In this document: positions 48,941-58,240 of the stretch, in pieces | How the letters are laid out: every line of letters starts with the position of its first letter | Position numbering within the stretch: the stretch's first letter is position 1 | Origin: an uncultured virus (IMG/VR IMGVR_UViG_3300007770_000008) | Lineage: Duplodnaviria > Heunggongvirae > Uroviricota > Caudoviricetes | Strand: one strand, 5' to 3' | Length of the DNA stretch: 64,000 nt | Virus record (IMG/VR): IMGVR_UViG_3300007770_000008 | Program-made: the position numbers and the translations under genes | The notes under the pieces: model-generated | What the model saw: the letters and a program-made list of their open reading frames with translations, nothing else | Told to the model about the DNA's origin: nothing | Database searches by the model: none

Positions 48941-49506
48941 TCTGGAATCCTTTGCGGTAGTTCTACATCACCCATTTTGAAAATTGAACGATTCGCCATA
49001 CGCCCTCGAGCGTTGTACTCAGCAGCCATGTCGGCACGCTGTTGTGTCAGTCCGAGAGCAACGGCGGCGAGTCTCGAGTGCTCGATGCGGTCCTCTCGGT
49101 GCCATGTGTCACGTGGTCCGGCCTCCTTTTTGAAGGTGTCAGCAGCGGCCTCAGCATCGGCGACTTTTTTGTCTAGTGCCGAGATGCTTTCGTGCCGCTG
49201 TTTGAACCACTCGTAGTTGTAGATGACGTTGTCGGCGTCGATCGTCTTGTTGATGATTCGTCCCGCCTGCTTGAACGGGTTAAAGACGAACCCAACAGCA
49301 CCGACGATGATGCCAACGGCCAGCAGTCGCCAGAAGACCCACATGAACAGGGCCTCGGGTCCTTTATCGCCAGCTTTTTCAAGTCTATCCCAACTCATGT
49401 TTAGTCCTCTGTAGTTTGTTGTTTTCGTAGTCTTCCGCCCACCCGCGTGCTTTACAGGGCTTAACGACCTCGACGGTTGTATTTCACGCCGTCTACGACC
49501 AGCCAA
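48937..49506 (-). CDS. Membrane-anchored coiled-coil protein
   Basis: TM helix then NYEWF...EYNA; coupled to the lipoprotein; start probably MSWDRL. Confidence 0.6.
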   Translation of the reverse strand: MAGRRRREIQPSRSLSPVKHAGGRKTTKTTNYRGLNMSWDRLEKAGDKGPEALFMWVFWRLLAVGIIVGAVGFVFNPFKQAGRIINKTIDADNVIYNYEWFKQRHESISALDKKVADAEAAADTFKKEAGPRDTWHREDRIEHSRLAAVALGLTQQRADMAAEYNARGRMANRSIFKMGDVELPQRIPE

Positions 49507-49934
49507 TGCAGTGTGCGGTGGTCGATCATGCGATAGCGGTTCTCGCTCGCGTCGATGTCGAGGTCCTCGGCATGGCTGTAACCATCCGGAGTACTGGGTT
49601 TGATCAGTCGCCCTCGCAGCGTTCGGTTGTCACCGTTCTGCTTGTCGAAGTTGACGGTGAACGGGCGGTCGAAAGCACTCATCAGGATGCCGATCATGTC
49701 GGTTCGGGTGATCTCCTCCTCCCGCTCGAAGTAGTCAGCCGAGCGAGTGGTTTCAACCAGCTCGATGCCGTTGACGCCAAAGTCGTGACCATGATCCAGG
49801 TCGGTGACGTTCAAGCGGTCACTGCCGTTTGTGTCGTTGACACGGACATAGTACAGAATAGCGAGGATGTCGCCACGATTTACTTGTTCGGTCTTGGGGC
49901 GTGCTTGGATGTCCGGAGTGGTTTGAGCGGCCAT
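49461..49934 (-). CDS. Hypothetical protein (possible SH3/WYL-like fold)
   Basis: FTVNFDKQNGDNRTLRG...YRMID pattern. Confidence 0.55.
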   Translation of the reverse strand: MAAQTTPDIQARPKTEQVNRGDILAILYYVRVNDTNGSDRLNVTDLDHGHDFGVNGIELVETTRSADYFEREEEITRTDMIGILMSAFDRPFTVNFDKQNGDNRTLRGRLIKPSTPDGYSHAEDLDIDASENRYRMIDHRTLHWLVVDGVKYNRRGR

Positions 49935-49946
49935 GTGCCTACCTTT

Positions 49947-50867
49947 TCAAGAGGGACGTTGGAGAGCCTTGTAGGCGATCTCGTGAATCTGACGCAGTGC
50001 GACATCCGCCGCATCTGGAACAAAGATAGCGTTCTCAAGGCTGCCGTAGTGGTGCTCAAGGCAATCCAGAAGCAGCTGCTTGATTACAGACTCGTCAGGG
50101 GAGTACGGAAGCTTAGAGGTTTCGTAGAGTTTCTCAAGGCTTTTCTCCTTCTCGGACGCCCATTTGCGGATGTCCTCTTCAGGCACCTCACCACGTCGCA
50201 CAGCTTTCATGTGCTCGCGTCGACCTTTCTCCCGTAGATCCAAATCCCCAGTAGCGAGGATCTGTTCTGCCTGAGAGAGTAGGCGAACAACGTGGTAAGC
50301 AAACTTTACGTCAAATCCATACTGTTCTCGAAGAGCGGCCCGGTTACTGCCGGGGACAGGCTTTTTGCCCGCCATCTTATGCAGCTGACTGTAGGCATAG
50401 CCTTTGAGCTTGTGCCAGCAGCCTTTGTGAAGAAACTGGTGTCTCTTCTCGCGGACCATGTTCCCTATTTGATTAATGTACAGCACACAGGTCTGCGGCA
50501 CAAACAGGGAATCCAACATGTTGGGGTTGTTCTCCATACACAGCGAGAAGTACTTGACGATGTTGTAGATCGTCAAGTCGTACACCGTATCTTCAGGCCC
50601 ACGTTTTCCGTGAACTGGAACATGGTGCTGCTGGTACTGGTCAAACCGTTTCTTTTGTCGTCCGAATCCTTGGATCTCCCCAGTTAGATGGGGAAACACC
50701 ACGTCCTTTGGCGGAGTACAGAAGCCGTAAACGTCCACGTCGGAAGTGTCTGAGGATACGCCATAAGCGACGCTGCCCATCATGACCTCGTAGTGAACGT
50801 TGTCGGCGAGGAAGCCAGGAGGCCTGATCAGCCCCTTGTCTTCCAGCATTCGAACTGTGCTTGCCAT
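49947..50867 (-). CDS. Predicted nucleotidyltransferase (RlaP/Nuc-transf-like)
   Basis: GSVAYG...SDVDVYG, NPNMLD, KGYAYSQL, GFDVKFAYHVVRL. Confidence 0.85.
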   Translation of the reverse strand: MASTVRMLEDKGLIRPPGFLADNVHYEVMMGSVAYGVSSDTSDVDVYGFCTPPKDVVFPHLTGEIQGFGRQKKRFDQYQQHHVPVHGKRGPEDTVYDLTIYNIVKYFSLCMENNPNMLDSLFVPQTCVLYINQIGNMVREKRHQFLHKGCWHKLKGYAYSQLHKMAGKKPVPGSNRAALREQYGFDVKFAYHVVRLLSQAEQILATGDLDLREKGRREHMKAVRRGEVPEEDIRKWASEKEKSLEKLYETSKLPYSPDESVIKQLLLDCLEHHYGSLENAIFVPDAADVALRQIHEIAYKALQRPS

Positions 50868-50879
50868 TGGTCTCTTGCC

Positions 50880-51488
50880 TTACGCGAGTGTCACTTCGTA
50901 CCGTACAGTGGGTTTGAAGGTGCCGTCGTGGTCGACGATGTTTTGCATGATCGCTACGAGGCGATCATGGGTGTTGCCAAAGTCCATACCGAAGTTAACT
51001 GCCGCAACATGGCTTGCCGGACCGAATGCACCCCTGCCGCGATCAAACGCCGCAACAATAAGCCCTATCTGGGCGTATGAAAAAGCTCCACGCAGCACGC
51101 GAGCCATTTCGTCGTTACCGTCAGCGTAGTGTTGGAACAGGCTAGAGGGAGCCAGATTGACGATCGGGTCATCCATGTAATCGGCACCTTCTGCTTCCAT
51201 ATCCTCCCATGTAATCTGGTCAAATAGTTCGATACGGGCCAGTGCCAGTGCCGATACCGCACACACTCGGCAGTTCTTTCGAATGTCTTTGACCGCCCTC
51301 GGAGTTACACGGCGGTACAGATCGTCGCTGGTTATACTGGTCTCGCCGCCTTTGCGGTAAGTCACAGCGTAGCTGTCTGTTACGGGGCGGACCTTGCCGG
51401 TGTTAGCCCACCGAATAACTTTTTTGGCCAGAGCAACCCGGCGTTCAGCTTTCGACAGGCTTTTCCACTTCTCTTGTTTCTTGTTCAT
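50880..51488 (-). CDS. Hypothetical protein
   Basis: 202 aa co-oriented ORF. Confidence 0.55.
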   Translation of the reverse strand: MNKKQEKWKSLSKAERRVALAKKVIRWANTGKVRPVTDSYAVTYRKGGETSITSDDLYRRVTPRAVKDIRKNCRVCAVSALALARIELFDQITWEDMEAEGADYMDDPIVNLAPSSLFQHYADGNDEMARVLRGAFSYAQIGLIVAAFDRGRGAFGPASHVAAVNFGMDFGNTHDRLVAIMQNIVDHDGTFKPTVRYEVTLA

Positions 51489-51807
51489 TTTGTCGATACT
51501 CCGGGTACTCCGTTATGGTTACCTTGTCAGTGATCTCTGCAACCATGATGGCCTCTTGTTCGTAGAACTTCGCCGTCATGTCAGTGATCTGTGACATGAT
51601 TTTGTCAGTTGTCACGATGCGTACCGGTATCATCCGCTCAGTGAACAGCTCACCGGACGGGTTGATCCAGTACCCTTTGCTGGGTGACAAGATCGTCAAG
51701 CCACCTGTCAACCGCCGCACGCGTCGGTCCCACTCTCGGTGATGCCGCGTGCGGATCGGTACGCCCTGGTTTGTTTGGCAGGGCACCAAGATCTCGAACA
51801 ACTTCAT
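51445..51807 (-). CDS. Hypothetical protein
   Basis: Start moved to MKLFEI (AGGAGG RBS) because the longer ORF overlaps tRNA-Pro. Confidence 0.55.
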   Translation of the reverse strand: MKLFEILVPCQTNQGVPIRTRHHREWDRRVRRLTGGLTILSPSKGYWINPSGELFTERMIPVRIVTTDKIMSQITDMTAKFYEQEAIMVAEITDKVTITEYPEYRQNEQETREVEKPVES

Positions 51808-51820
51808 AACCCCTCCTAAG

Positions 51821-51893
51821 TCTGGCAGGTAGGATTCGAACCTACAGCCTGAGGCTCCCAAAGCCTCCGTGCTACCTTACGCACCCCTGCCAG
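51821..51893 (-). tRNA. tRNA-Pro(TGG)
   Basis: CTGGCAG/CTGCCAG acceptor, GAGGC-TTTGGGA-GCCTC, GTAGG-TTCGAAT-CCTAC; G rather than T at position 8. Confidence 0.85.
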
Positions 51894-52456
51894 GTTATGC
51901 TTTGACGGAGCCTGGTGCGAATCGGATCAAGCCCTCGTCTTTGATATCTTCTAAGTAGATCGCTACCTTGTGCTTCAAGGTCTTGGCGGGTTTCCACAGT
52001 CCTTGTAAGTGCTTGGCCATTACGCTACCGACTACGGTGTACTTACCAGCGGCATTGCCGTAGGCCAAAAAGATCTCGTCGTCAGCAGCCGGATCGACAT
52101 AAAGCGGGTCACGGCGATCGCAGGTCCATGAGTTCGTTCTCTCCCGCTCCAAGTAGCTACACATCTTAGAGTGGAAAGGACCACCGCTGTAGTCGGGGTC
52201 GTAGCCAGGCTTTTCATAGAAGGCCCAGTCCAGTTTACCTAGGTCACGCCCGCACACCCGGTACCAATTACGCGTTCCCAGTTCTGTGCTTTTGCCAGCA
52301 CGTTCTCGGATCAGTCGATGCGGTCCGGAGTCGCTGTTGTGTATATCTCTCCTTGAACGTAGTTCCTGCAGCTTGGTACACCAGGTCCGAATTCGAGTCA
52401 CGACGCGAGGATGCAGCTGCCGGGTAGGCAACCACATCCCCACGGCTCGCTCGTAC

Positions 52457-53266
52457 TCAAGGGAGCACAGCTGCCTCGGTGCATGGGTCTTGTCCAAAGA
52501 ATACAACCTCCTCGCGATTCAGGATCTGTGTCAGCCTTGGTAGGTGACTTCGCTGATATCGTCGTCGGAATGTAGGTTGAGACTCCTCCTCGTCATTCAT
52601 CGGCAATTCGTCATAAAACCGCCGAACGTAAGTGCCCCGCTTCTTCCAGTCATCGAGGTTGTTCCAGTTGACCCCGTGCTCCTGAAATACAAGTTCTTGA
52701 ACCGCGTCGTTCTTGAGCCCATTCATCCTTGCGTGCCCCAGCAAGTGCTGCCCCAGGCTTTGGATGCTGTTGCGTACGGCGTCCTGCTCTCGCCAGATCA
52801 GGTAGTTTATGGCTTCCATCCGGTCGGGCACGTTCCAGCAGCGACAGTCGAATAGAGCGGACGGCTTGTTCCGCAACACCTCGGATGAGGACTTGGCCAG
52901 CCTGCCCATGAACTGTATTGAGCAGGTGGCCGCAAGGATCGAGTTGATCTTGTCACGACGACCGTCGAACCACACGTCACTGTTGGGGATGTAGCGGCCC
53001 TCTTCGTCACTGTTGGGATCAAGCACCAACGAGATCTCGTCGGATTGGGTGTAGGCACAACAGGCGTTCGCCTCCTCCGCCAGGAGCCGGGTAGTGGCCT
53101 TCATAGCGTTATGGAAGAAAGGATCGAAAGGGCGGTCTAATCCTTTAGTCCAGGTATGAAATGCCCGACCGTCCAAGCGAATGAGGACAGGTTGTCGCGG
53201 CATCATTCGCGGCGGACTGAAGCTCTCGTAGTGCTTCATCCGGTCGCCTAGCGTTTTGAATTCCAT
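52457..53266 (-). CDS. Thg1-like 3'-5' nucleotidyltransferase (tRNA-His guanylyltransferase family)
   Basis: IRLDGRAFH, YTQSDEISL, FDGR..K, FDCR, WREQDAVRNSI. Confidence 0.92.
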   Translation of the reverse strand: MEFKTLGDRMKHYESFSPPRMMPRQPVLIRLDGRAFHTWTKGLDRPFDPFFHNAMKATTRLLAEEANACCAYTQSDEISLVLDPNSDEEGRYIPNSDVWFDGRRDKINSILAATCSIQFMGRLAKSSSEVLRNKPSALFDCRCWNVPDRMEAINYLIWREQDAVRNSIQSLGQHLLGHARMNGLKNDAVQELVFQEHGVNWNNLDDWKKRGTYVRRFYDELPMNDEEESQPTFRRRYQRSHLPRLTQILNREEVVFFGQDPCTEAAVLP

Positions 53267-53373
53267 CGATTACACCGGGGGAGGAAAGAATATCGCGGAG
53301 AATACAGGGGTAAGCAAAGCACACAGGATACAGATGATCGCAACAATCACAAGCCACTCGACAGCGGACATTT

Positions 53374-53778
53374 TCATTGGTTCTTCTCGTTTGCGAAGGT
53401 TAGGTGAAAGGGGTAGAAGGGCTCGGGACCCAAACCCAGCTCCACGCGGATCTCCGTCAAGCGGGGACTGCGAACAGGCAGCCAGTAGTGTAGCCCGTCG
53501 GTCTTCGCTTCTAGCGAGTAATCGATAGTTACGATTTCGCCGTTGTAGGCAGCCCAAGCTTCTTTGTTGGGTGGCTCTTCGTCACGGATCACAGTCACGT
53601 GTTCCCGCCAAGCTGGCCGTATCAGCTTCTTGGTGAAGCAGGTCGACATGTGATACAGGTGGCGATAGTACTTACCGATCTCCGTTAGCTCACCGTTCTC
53701 GGCCACTAACCACCACTTCGACGCGGACTTACTGCCCAGCAGTTCAGGGCTGTAGCGGAGGACCGCTTTGGCCATCAT
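53374..53778 (-). CDS. 2H phosphoesterase-like protein
   Basis: Two HxT motifs: EHVTVI and FHLTFA. Confidence 0.7.
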   Translation of the reverse strand: MMAKAVLRYSPELLGSKSASKWWLVAENGELTEIGKYYRHLYHMSTCFTKKLIRPAWREHVTVIRDEEPPNKEAWAAYNGEIVTIDYSLEAKTDGLHYWLPVRSPRLTEIRVELGLGPEPFYPFHLTFANEKNQ

Positions 53779-53988
53779 AGTCGGGTCCCTCCCAGATCTC
53801 GGTCAGCACGGGTTTTATTCCGCGTGTGGTCATTTCCTCTAGCCGATGGAGGAACGTAGTGCACAGTAGTGCGATCAGAGATAAGAGCATGATCGCGAGG
53901 AAGAACTTAATCAAGTCGGACATGTTTGGTCTCCAAAACCCGGTGTAGTATATATACTACACCGGGTTCCATTACTCCGCTCGTGTTA

Positions 53989-55620
53989 TCAGCCTCGAAT
54001 GAATTCACTCATCACGGCTGGTGCCGACGTGTCAAACCCGACAATGTCGAGCATTCCTGCGTCGTTCGGGTCGGCGATGGAGAAGCCGTTGCTCACCATA
54101 CCTACCACGATCAACTTAGCCGGAATACCTGTCTTCTGTCGGTATTGTTCCAAGGCCTGGACTGGTTGGATGTTACCTGCCCATGTTTCGCTGTCCGTGT
54201 AGACGACAAAAGCATCGGCCTCGATCTTGTTCTCTAAGGCATACAGTATCGGAAGTGAGCAGTCAGTGCCGCCGAACGGCAAACCGCTAACCTTCTTGAT
54301 GGCTGTATCCAATCGCATCTTACGACTGAAGTCCAGCTGCAAAAGCGACTTAGGCGTTAGGGCCTGGAACCAACCACGACCAGTGGTTTTGGCCGAGAAG
54401 CCGATGCAGTGAGTCCATGCCTCGGTTTTCGTAGTCACCATAGCCAGGGCCGCCGTAGCATCTCGGCAGGTGATCTGCGAATTCTGCATAGCACAACCCA
54501 TCGATCCCGATACGTCCAAAGCCAGCAAGTGACGCTTGCCTGTCGGAACCACGTTGTCAAAAGCCATGTAGAAGGCATCTTCCAACGCGTCGCCGATGTT
54601 GTTGTCAACGTTCCAGCTTAGCTGGCCACGGAAACCACGTCCCGAGCGGTACGTGTACATTGCGTTCATGATGTTAAACGGATGCAGCCGCGAGGCCTTG
54701 ATGTATTCCGGATCGGTCAACTTCGACACGATCAACTGCGTAGCCGAGCCCATCGGCGTGATAAGCCCCACTTGAGACATCTTGCCCAGGTTCCGCATCA
54801 TCGCGTTCAGCGGCATTGACGGAAGCATTGCCGCCCACACTTCTGGGTCCTTGAACCACTGAGTAGGAATGACTTCGCGAACCAGACCGTGCTCTTCGAT
54901 CAGCTGGAGGATATTCCGCTTATCGGTAACAACCTTGGCCTGCTCAACCGCGTTCAGGTAGTCGCGGGCCTCACCTTCCGGCAATTTCGATCGCCAGTCC
55001 TTGCCGGTCGTGTAAGCTAACACGCCGTCCAGATGAGCATCTTCGGTCTTGGGCTTTACGCAACGCAGTACGTCACGGTGTGACCAGCCTTCTCGTTGCT
55101 GGTACTTGGTGACCTGGTAAGCCAGGTTCTTGGCCCGACGACCTAGGTACCAGTTGCCGACAGCTCGGCGGACGGCTCGGCCACGGCCCCGGAAATGACT
55201 CAACATCCCCATGAATTGGAAGAGGTGCGTGCCAATACGTGCGACCTTGTTCAGCTCAGCCAGTGCCTTACCGCTCTGTGCCGGGTCGGGACGACTGCAC
55301 AAGAGAGCCAGTGCGAAAAGTGCTTCGTCGTTCTTCGGGGCACGCCCCTGATCGCTGATCTCGACAACGGTAGCCAGTGTGCGATCGAAATCCTCATTCG
55401 CACAGTCCTCTACGGCCTGGGCCGCTTCTTTCGTCATCTTGCGTTCGGAGGCATAGTAGGAGCCGCCCGAGTTTCCGAGAACCAGAAACCTGTGCAACCG
55501 CGTCCAGTTGTCAACGGGAAACGAGTACCCGCCAGCCTGGTTTTGCACCATGACTTTACCTGGAATCGCTTCCGACTGCGGAGTCTTTTTCCGACTAACG
55601 TGTCCTGCATACTTGGCCAT
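53989..55620 (-). CDS. rsr: Ro60/Rsr TROVE-domain RNA-binding protein
   Basis: NQAGGYSF, RLHRFLVLG..GGSYY, KYQQREGWSHRD, RLHP, vWA MIDAS DVSGSM, GGTDC, TDSETW, VGFD. Confidence 0.95.
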   Translation of the reverse strand: MAKYAGHVSRKKTPQSEAIPGKVMVQNQAGGYSFPVDNWTRLHRFLVLGNSGGSYYASERKMTKEAAQAVEDCANEDFDRTLATVVEISDQGRAPKNDEALFALALLCSRPDPAQSGKALAELNKVARIGTHLFQFMGMLSHFRGRGRAVRRAVGNWYLGRRAKNLAYQVTKYQQREGWSHRDVLRCVKPKTEDAHLDGVLAYTTGKDWRSKLPEGEARDYLNAVEQAKVVTDKRNILQLIEEHGLVREVIPTQWFKDPEVWAAMLPSMPLNAMMRNLGKMSQVGLITPMGSATQLIVSKLTDPEYIKASRLHPFNIMNAMYTYRSGRGFRGQLSWNVDNNIGDALEDAFYMAFDNVVPTGKRHLLALDVSGSMGCAMQNSQITCRDATAALAMVTTKTEAWTHCIGFSAKTTGRGWFQALTPKSLLQLDFSRKMRLDTAIKKVSGLPFGGTDCSLPILYALENKIEADAFVVYTDSETWAGNIQPVQALEQYRQKTGIPAKLIVVGMVSNGFSIADPNDAGMLDIVGFDTSAPAVMSEFIRG

Positions 55621-55690
55621 TCTTTTCAGCCCTCCTTAGGGCAAAGTGCAATAAAAAAGACGCGGACCAGAAGGCCCACGTCATGTGAGG

Positions 55691-55838
55691 TGCGGGTAAG
55701 CAAGGCGAAGAACGCGTGCTTTCGATATAGAGGTGGAACCCCTATTGCTCTCACCAGTGAGCGGCCTCCCCGTGAGTTGGCAGCGGGGAGGGTTGAATTC
55801 GAATCAACAAATCGTTAACGTTCATCTATCAACCCGCA
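55691..55838 (-). ncRNA. YrlA-like Y RNA with tRNA-like module
   Basis: Terminal stem GCGGGTTGA/CTTACCCGC; internal T arm GTTGA-TTCGAAT-TCAAC, closed acceptor CCTCCCCG/CGGGGAGG, D arm GCTC/GAGC; directly upstream of rsr. Confidence 0.8.
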
Positions 55839-55846
55839 TGTGTTGA

Positions 55847-55938
55847 GTCGAGCAAGTTAGTTGAAACTCCGGGTAACCTGGAAGTCGAAACACCAGGTCG
55901 CTAATTGGCAGCGATAACAGAATTTCTTTCAGCTCGAC
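55847..55938 (-). ncRNA. Y-RNA-like element
   Basis: GTCGAGCTGA...GTTATC...CTTGCTCGAC terminal stem; internal CTGCCAA and a TTCGA hairpin. Confidence 0.7.
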
Positions 55939-55941
55939 GAG

Positions 55942-56015
55942 TGACCCGGCCTGGGTTTGAACCAGGATAACCACGTGATTGTGTACACGCCGCTCTCACT
56001 TGGCGTAACGGGTCA
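55942..56015 (-). ncRNA. Degenerate tRNA-like RNA
   Basis: GACCCG/CGGGTC acceptor and CCTGG-TTCAAAC-CCAGG T arm; irregular 8-nt anticodon loop. Confidence 0.5.
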
Positions 56016-56018
56016 GTG

Positions 56019-56603
56019 TCAAATGTCGGCTGGCTTGGTGGCCACGCCTGTGACCATATAAACCAACTTCTCAAGTTTAGCCCAAATCCCGAATCCGTCA
56101 AGTATAGGGTTCAGGAACTCGCTCATCACACAATAGCTGCTATCGTATGGAGGCGTATGGTGGGTTTTGTGTGTAGCAGGGCTTTGCAACAGGCCTATGG
56201 CCTGTAGCTTACGGATCACGGCGTTGCATTTCATATGCTCCCAGCAGTGTATCTCGTTAGCCTGGGACACAAACAACAAAACCAATAACCCCCAGTAGTA
56301 GGCCGCCGACAGCTGCCAAACGACCAAGATACTCAGATAGGTCACCCCTAACAACAACGGAGGGATCAGGGTAGTGTAATTGCGTTGCCAGTAGTTGCCT
56401 CTGGTAAACGCTGCTGGCCGCTCGTGGTGGACCTTGTTTGGCTCAGCTACGTACTTCCCGAAGATGGGAATATCTTTCAAGTAGCCGTAGTACCGGTCCT
56501 CGAACCAGTGAAACGCACCGGCTATAAAGTCCGCAGCCAACCAGCACAATACAACATTGCCAAGTGCTCCCATCATTGCCCGCTCCTTAGCTAATTCTGT
56601 CAC
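56019..56603 (-). CDS. CarF/TMEM189-like lipid desaturase
   Basis: ADFIAGAFHWFED, VHH, NEIHCWEH, HKTHH..P...YC His boxes with TM helices. Confidence 0.8.
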   Translation of the reverse strand: MTELAKERAMMGALGNVVLCWLAADFIAGAFHWFEDRYYGYLKDIPIFGKYVAEPNKVHHERPAAFTRGNYWQRNYTTLIPPLLLGVTYLSILVVWQLSAAYYWGLLVLLFVSQANEIHCWEHMKCNAVIRKLQAIGLLQSPATHKTHHTPPYDSSYCVMSEFLNPILDGFGIWAKLEKLVYMVTGVATKPADI

Positions 56604-56752
56604 TAAAAAGAACCGTGCGGGGCGTGACTCCGCCTTACACTCCTTCGGTAGCCCGATTACTACAGGTGTGCTAGACCTGATCTATATTCGAAGGACGGTT
56701 CTTGGGTAAGCCGTTCTGTCTCCTATGTGGGTGTTAAGAGAGTATCGGCTTG

Positions 56753-56806
56753 GGTAACGATCTACCGGCAGCCCTGTTGCCAGGGTAAGTTGTGGTCGAT
56801 CGGTGC
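56753..56806 (-). ncRNA. Orphan permuted Ro-stem module
   Basis: CTTACCCTG-GCAA-CAGGGCTG...GTTACC, same layout as the tRNA inserts but with no flanking tRNA recognised. Confidence 0.55.
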
Positions 56807-56840
56807 TCCGCAGCGGACGTTTCCGCCTGAACGGAGCGAG

Positions 56841-56909
56841 TTGCGGATCCAGGGGTCGCACCTGGCGGGTCGGGCTTATGAGGCCTAACTGGGCACTGGC
56901 CCATCCGCA
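56841..56909 (-). tRNA. tRNA with CAT anticodon (Met or Ile2), atypical
   Basis: TGCGGAT/ATCCGCA acceptor, GGC-CTCATAA-GCC, CCAGG-TGCGACC-CCTGG; short D arm. Confidence 0.65.
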
Positions 56910-57532
56910 ACTAGCAATTTAGTGCTACAACGTCATCAGGTCAACTAGATCTGCCACCTAACCAGTAACCGACGCTGAACCAGAAAAAGAACCAGCCTGT
57001 GGCGAGCAAAACCCAGCCCACTATTTCTATAAACGACATCGCGGCTTCTCCTGTGTGGTGCGGGTTCGGCGTTTACTTGGTCGCCAACGGATACGCATCC
57101 ACAAACGCAGATCGCGACAAATCGCCCAGGAGGCGATGACGGCCATAGCTAGCAGAGCCAGTGTGTAACCCAGCGGCATGTTATTCTCCCGGACAAGCAC
57201 ATTTTTCGGGTTTATCCGCCAAGGGATAGATTTCGTCCCATCCACCTGGCCCGAGTGCGTCACCGTAGTAATTTTCGTGACGCCCGCACTTACGGCATTC
57301 CCGTGCCCAGGGGTTACGGTATTTCCAGTCATGTCCGCCGAAGAACAGCCACCACAGGCGTCTGATGATCATGCGAAACTCTCTCCTGACGGGTCTTGGA
57401 ACTCGCAGTAGATTGGTCTGGCGTCGACCTCTACATCACTGGGTGGGTCGATTGTTTCGCAGTGGATGACTAACGTATACCCATCCCCCACTAACCTGCC
57501 ACCGCAATTCGGACATGAGTCGAAGTTAGGCG

Positions 57533-58237
57533 TCATGCGAAACACTCTTCCGGGATCTCGACGACATCCTGACCCAGGCGGAAATCACGAGCTTTAAGTT
57601 TGGTGATGATACGGTTACCCATACGGTCTTTGAGTTCCGTGCTAGGCCGCAACACCAAACCCTCAGCCCACTGGGTGCCTACAAACGATGTAAACCCGGT
57701 TTGGGTATACTTTGCGGCCTCGAGCAAAGTACCTTTGCCCACGACGGGTACGAAGGGTAAACCCATTTCCCGTCCGTATTCTTCAACGTCTTCTCGAGCG
57801 AAGAACACATCCAGCCCATTTTCGTCATTGACCGACATGATATCGAACAGGATAAATCGCTGCTCTCCGTCAGTCATGTAGTCGCCACCGCCTTTCATGA
57901 TGCCCGAACCGTAGCCTTCGCCACACAGTACCAGGTTACCCTCGGGACCGAAGACGCTCTTAAGCATTTCGGGCGTGAAGGTCTTGGCCAGGTATTGCAC
58001 CAGCCTGCCAGGGATCTGTGCGTTGTCGGTGCGGCCACCGAAGATGACGTCATCGTTGTGTAGGGCCCCTCCCCAGAAGATACGGATGTTGGTACCGTCG
58101 ATCTTCTCGGTCCAGGTCCATTCGTTGTTTCGTAGCAAGTGGAACTCGGGGCGGCTCCACTCGCCAAAGTTAAACGTCTTGTTGTTATTCACCGGGTCCC
58201 GATGAAACAGGCTCTGGATCTTGTGATACTTTTGCAT
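57533..58237 (-). CDS. Rnl2-like RNA ligase
   Basis: Motif I TEKIDGTN, GEGYG, FDI, EGLVLR, ITKLK. Confidence 0.85.
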   Translation of the reverse strand: MQKYHKIQSLFHRDPVNNNKTFNFGEWSRPEFHLLRNNEWTWTEKIDGTNIRIFWGGALHNDDVIFGGRTDNAQIPGRLVQYLAKTFTPEMLKSVFGPEGNLVLCGEGYGSGIMKGGGDYMTDGEQRFILFDIMSVNDENGLDVFFAREDVEEYGREMGLPFVPVVGKGTLLEAAKYTQTGFTSFVGTQWAEGLVLRPSTELKDRMGNRIITKLKARDFRLGQDVVEIPEECFA

Positions 58238-58240
58238 CGG

